A stretch of 64,000 nucleotides of DNA. It comes from the human T2T-CHM13v2.0 reference genome, Homo sapiens. A program made the translations under genes and the position numbers. The notes beneath the pieces were generated by a model. The model worked only from the letters and a program-made list of their open reading frames with translations, did not search any database and was not told the origin of the DNA. Position 1 is the stretch's first letter. Each line of letters begins with the position of its first letter. This document shows positions 59,252 through 64,000 of the stretch, one piece after another. The stretch is from NCBI RefSeq assembly GCF_009914755.1, contig NC_060945.1, one strand, 5' to 3'.

Positions 59252-60099
59252 CTATTGTGAGTAGTGCCGCAATAAACATATGTGTGCATGTGTCTTTATA
59301 GCAGCATGATTTATATTCCTTTGGGTATACACCCAGTAATGGGATGGCTGGGTCAAATGGTATTTCTAGTTCTAGATCCCTGAAGAATCACCACACTGTC
59401 TTCCACAATGGTTGAACTAGTTTACAGTCCCACCAACAGTGTAAAAGTGTTCCTATTTCTCCACATCCTCTCCAGCACCTGTTGTTTCCTGACTTTTTGA
59501 TGATCGCCATTCTAACTTGTGTGAGATGATGTCTCATTGTGTTTTTGATTTGCATTTCTCTGATGGCCAATGATGATGAGCATTTTTTCTTGTGTCTGTT
59601 GGCTGCATAAATGTCTTCTTTTGAGAAGTGTCTGTTCATATCCTTCGCTCACTTTTTGACGGTGCTTACAATAGCAAAGACTTGGAGCCAACCCAAATGT
59701 CCATCAATGATAGACTGGATTAAGAAAATGTGGCACATATACACCGTGGAATACTATGCAGCCATAAAAATGATGAGTTCATGTCCTTGTAGGGACATGG
59801 ATGAAGCTGGAAACCACCATTCTCAGCAAACTATCACAAGGACGAAAAACCAAACACTGCATGTTCTCACTCATAGGTGGGAATTGAACAATGAGAACAC
59901 TTGGACACAGGAAGGGGAACATCACACGCCAGGGCATGTTGTGGGGTGGGGGAGGGGGGAGGGATAGCATTAGCATTAGGAGATATACCTAATGTAAATG
60001 ACGAGTTAATGGGTGCAACACACCAACATGACACATGTATACATATGTAACAAACCTGCATGTTGTGCACATATACCCTAGAACTTAAAGTTTAATATA
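59252..60099 (+). mobile_element. 5'-inverted, truncated L1PA (about PA4-PA5): antisense part to ~59659, sense 3' end ~59660-60099
   Basis: TSD aagaactat(a/t)aact at 59240-59253 and 60100-60113; 3'UTR with G-tract and cctaatgtaaatgacgagttaatggg. Confidence 0.93.
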
Positions 60100-61013
60100 A
60101 AGAACTATTAACTGTGTCTTTTATATTCCATTGTCATCTGGAACTTGTAGGAATCTGAAGATTAAACATATTTTACATAGCTGTAAAGCAGACAGAATCC
60201 TTCAGGGCTGTTGTTGAACTCTTGAAATCAGAAGCTGAATTTTGAGTGGTGTGAAGAAATTAAACATAACCTGAAACAGGAGAAAACAATGGTATAAAGA
60301 TAAACTGTCCTTTCTGTTGCACCAATTTTTCTATGGGTCTTTCAAAAATAAGGAAAGTTATAGAGAAGAACATAGTTGCTACAAAATTACAGATCATACG
60401 AGCCAGAAAGAAATTCTGTGACTTTTCACTTGCATAAACCAATTTAATTTTATTTTTCCAGAATGTTAAAATTCGAAGTACTTAAATCTTTACATAAATT
60501 AGATCAACAATAATGTGATTATTTCATTGAAAAAATATAAATACAAATGAATTATTGAGCATTTATTAATTCTCTGAGAAAGTTAGGAGTCTTTTTGGTG
60601 ATAACATTTAAGTATGGGGTTTTCTTTGGTTTTTACATATTGATACAATTACTATTTTTGTCCAGTTGATGAAGTAGCTGATGTAAGCACAGTTGGATTG
60701 AAAAAAGAGATGGGATTGAGCAAAGATGCTGGAACACTCAGATAAGTTTTTTTTTTTTTTTTTTTGGTCAAGATAATAATAAAAATAAAATTAGATTATA
60801 TATAATTTGTGAAATTATAATCTTTTTTAGACAGTTAAAAATGGGCACAAAACTTCTGCCCTCCACACTGCATACTTGCTTTCAGTTTCCAATGATGCTG
60901 AAATTTAAATCTCACTAATACTTTTTCTTACCAATTTTTACAATAATAAAATGTTTTATACAAAGAATCTTAATAAATTCTTAAATAATTCCATCAATTT
61001 TCTAAGAAATTTA

Positions 61014-61460
61014 TGTATTAGGGTTCTCTAGAGGGACAGAACTAATAGGTTGATGTATATATAAAGTGGAGTTTATTAAGGAGTATTTACTCACACAATC
61101 ACAAGGTGAGCTCCCACAATAGGCTGTCTGCAATCTTCAGAGCAAAGAAGCCAGTCCGAGTCACGAAGTTGAAGAACCTGGAGTCTGATGATCGAGGGCA
61201 GGAAGCACGCAGCATGGAAGAAAGATACAGGCCAGAAGACTAAACCAGTCTACTATTGCCACATTCTTCTGCCTGCTTTTATTCTGGCCATGCTGGCAAC
61301 TGATTAGATGATGCCCACCCAGATTGAGAGTGGGTCTGCCTTTCCCAGTCCACTGACTCAGATGTTAATCTCCTTTGGCAACACCCTCACAGACACACCC
61401 AGAAACAATACTTTGCACCCTTCAATCCCATCAAGTTGACACCAAATATTAACCATCACA
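61014..61460 (-). mobile_element. MLT2A (HERVL) solo LTR
   Basis: tgtattagggttctctagagggacagaactaatagg...caagttgacaccaaatattaaccatcaca; flanks attta/agtta. Confidence 0.92.
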
Positions 61461-61989
61461 AGTTAGGATAAATTTGATGTCACATTCCTGTGTATGTATT
61501 TCTAGAGGGGGAGTACTAGTCTGACTATAGCTTACTGGATGACAACCAAAAAAAAAATTAGTATAATAAAGTGGAGATTGGAGTAATAGCCATTGACTCC
61601 AAGGTTGAAGTATTTTGACAGTGAATATGTAGAGTAGACAAGAATCAATAATGAAAGTGGTGTGATAGGAATATTAGCATCAGGAATTAGAAGAATATGA
61701 AAGGCAAATAATAAATGTCCGACTGCCAAGCTCAGTTTAGCTTATTGATTAATTTGGGGGTATGTCAGTCTACATCCTTGTTTTGCTGGATTAAGTAATT
61801 TGTACATAACCACACTATGTAAGTATTGGATAGAATACATGGGCACCTTGTACGTACTATTCCAATAACCTACATAGGTTTTTACTGACGGGAAATTTAG
61901 AGAAGCACAATTTATGAATGTTGATAGATGTGGTGTCCACCCTGGGATTAATGATAACCGGAACTGGGATTTAAGAGTTATAAACTATA

Positions 61990-62421
61990 CACACTCATCC
62001 CTTAAACAACACAAGTTTGAACTTCACAGATCCACTTTTATGCAAATTTTATTTCACTTCCACCAACCAAATACAGCAAGATCATCCCATACTCTTCTGT
62101 CTTCTCTTCAGCCTACTCAATGTGAAGATGATGAGGATGAAGAACTTTATGAAAACCTACTTCCACTTAATGAAATATATTTTCCTTTCTTATCATTTTC
62201 TTAATATTTTCTTTCCTCTAGCCTCCTTTATTGTAAGAACATGGTATATAATATATTTCACATACAAAACACGGGTTAATCAACTGCACATCTTATTAGT
62301 AGAGCTTCTTGACAATAGTGAGCTATTCGTAGTTTAGTTTTGGGGGATTCAAAGTTATACATAAGTATTTGACTGTGGGGGAATCAGCACTCCTAACCCC
62401 CGTGTTGTTCTAGGGTCAACT
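61990..62421. mobile_element. Tigger2a
   Basis: cccttaaacaacacaagtttgaac...tcaatgtgaagatgatgaggatgaag...gtgttgttctagggtcaact. Confidence 0.85.
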
Positions 62422-62568
62422 ATACTCATATAGTCAATCAACTGAGAAAGGAGAGAAAAATTTTTAAAAAATTGACAAAATGTAACTAATTGCTGAAGTG
62501 GGGTCATGAGCAAATGGAATTTTATCTACTATGAATTAGGCTAATCTTCCCATTTTTGTGTATGTTTC

Positions 62569-63420
<852 letters not shown>

Positions 63421-64000
63421 TATGTTTCAACAGTGCCAGAATATAGGCTAACTTACAAAAGATTATATGAAGAATGTTTTTTGTAGAACAAATAAAGACT
63501 AAAAACTTTATTCATTTTTTTTAATTGCAATAATATGGCTCAGTTTCAAATAAGCAAGGAAAAAGATAAAACAAAAAAACTAATGTGTGGAGATATTAAA
63601 TTTTATTTTACATTTTATACTACTCTGAGTAGTATAGAATAGTATATTATGGGGAGATTTTATGGAAAAAAGATAATTAAATGGGCCTTAAAGAATATAG
63701 CTTATTAAAAAAATTATGAGCAAGATGAGCAAATAAAATATAAAAATCAAAGTTTTCAAGTTTAGGATATGCTTGCAATTTGATCAAAGTGTCAAATACC
63801 TAATAAAATACTGAGAGAGGAAAAAAACTTGGCATCTGTAACCCAAATTCTACATTCACACTTTTCCATCATTTCCTATATATCTGACCTCTTCTCTGAT
63901 TTTGGCCTCTCATTTTGCTTCTCATTCAAATTTTAGCCTTTCAGGATAGCATGGGACTCGATTGTCCAGGTCACTGCTTTGTTATTTCCAAACTTGTCAA

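Noticed and set aside
59941-59963. G-quadruplex-forming G-tract
   Set aside because: Standard L1PA 3'UTR feature, not locus-specific
61914-62204. ORF with acidic EDDEDEE stretch
   Set aside because: Translation of the Tigger2a core, also present at 38011-38516

Overview
AT-rich primate genomic DNA, very probably human or great ape because it contains AluY and an L1PA2-type element. It is gene-poor intergenic or deep-intronic sequence, and no protein-coding gene, RNA gene or CRISPR array is supportable. The ORF track is explained by Alu, L1, THE1 and Tigger remnants plus chance ORFs. A large part of the window is recognisable interspersed repeat: 8 Alus; L1 pieces of several ages, three with 5'-inversion (twin-priming) architecture; two full-length THE1 MaLR proviruses with TSDs and a third truncated THE1; solo LTRs (MST, MLT2A, MLT2, MLT1, ERV1); Tigger/MER/MADE1 DNA-transposon fossils; and L2 and MIR. 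The most interesting signals are: (1) a well-formed minus-strand candidate 30-nt microexon with two further in-frame acceptors at 20469-20552; (2) a young 5'-inverted L1 missing about 1.4 kb at its inversion junction; (3) an old L1 whose 5' end is fused directly to its 3' end, a possible spliced retrocopy; (4) DUX4-type motifs retained in only one LTR of each full-length THE1; (5) an unassigned inverted-repeat-bounded segment at 29279-29533; and (6) a GC-rich AP-1-containing island near 34.1-34.4 kb. Subfamily names are from recalled consensus features, not from a RepeatMasker run. I found no convincing evidence of a novel multi-gene system.
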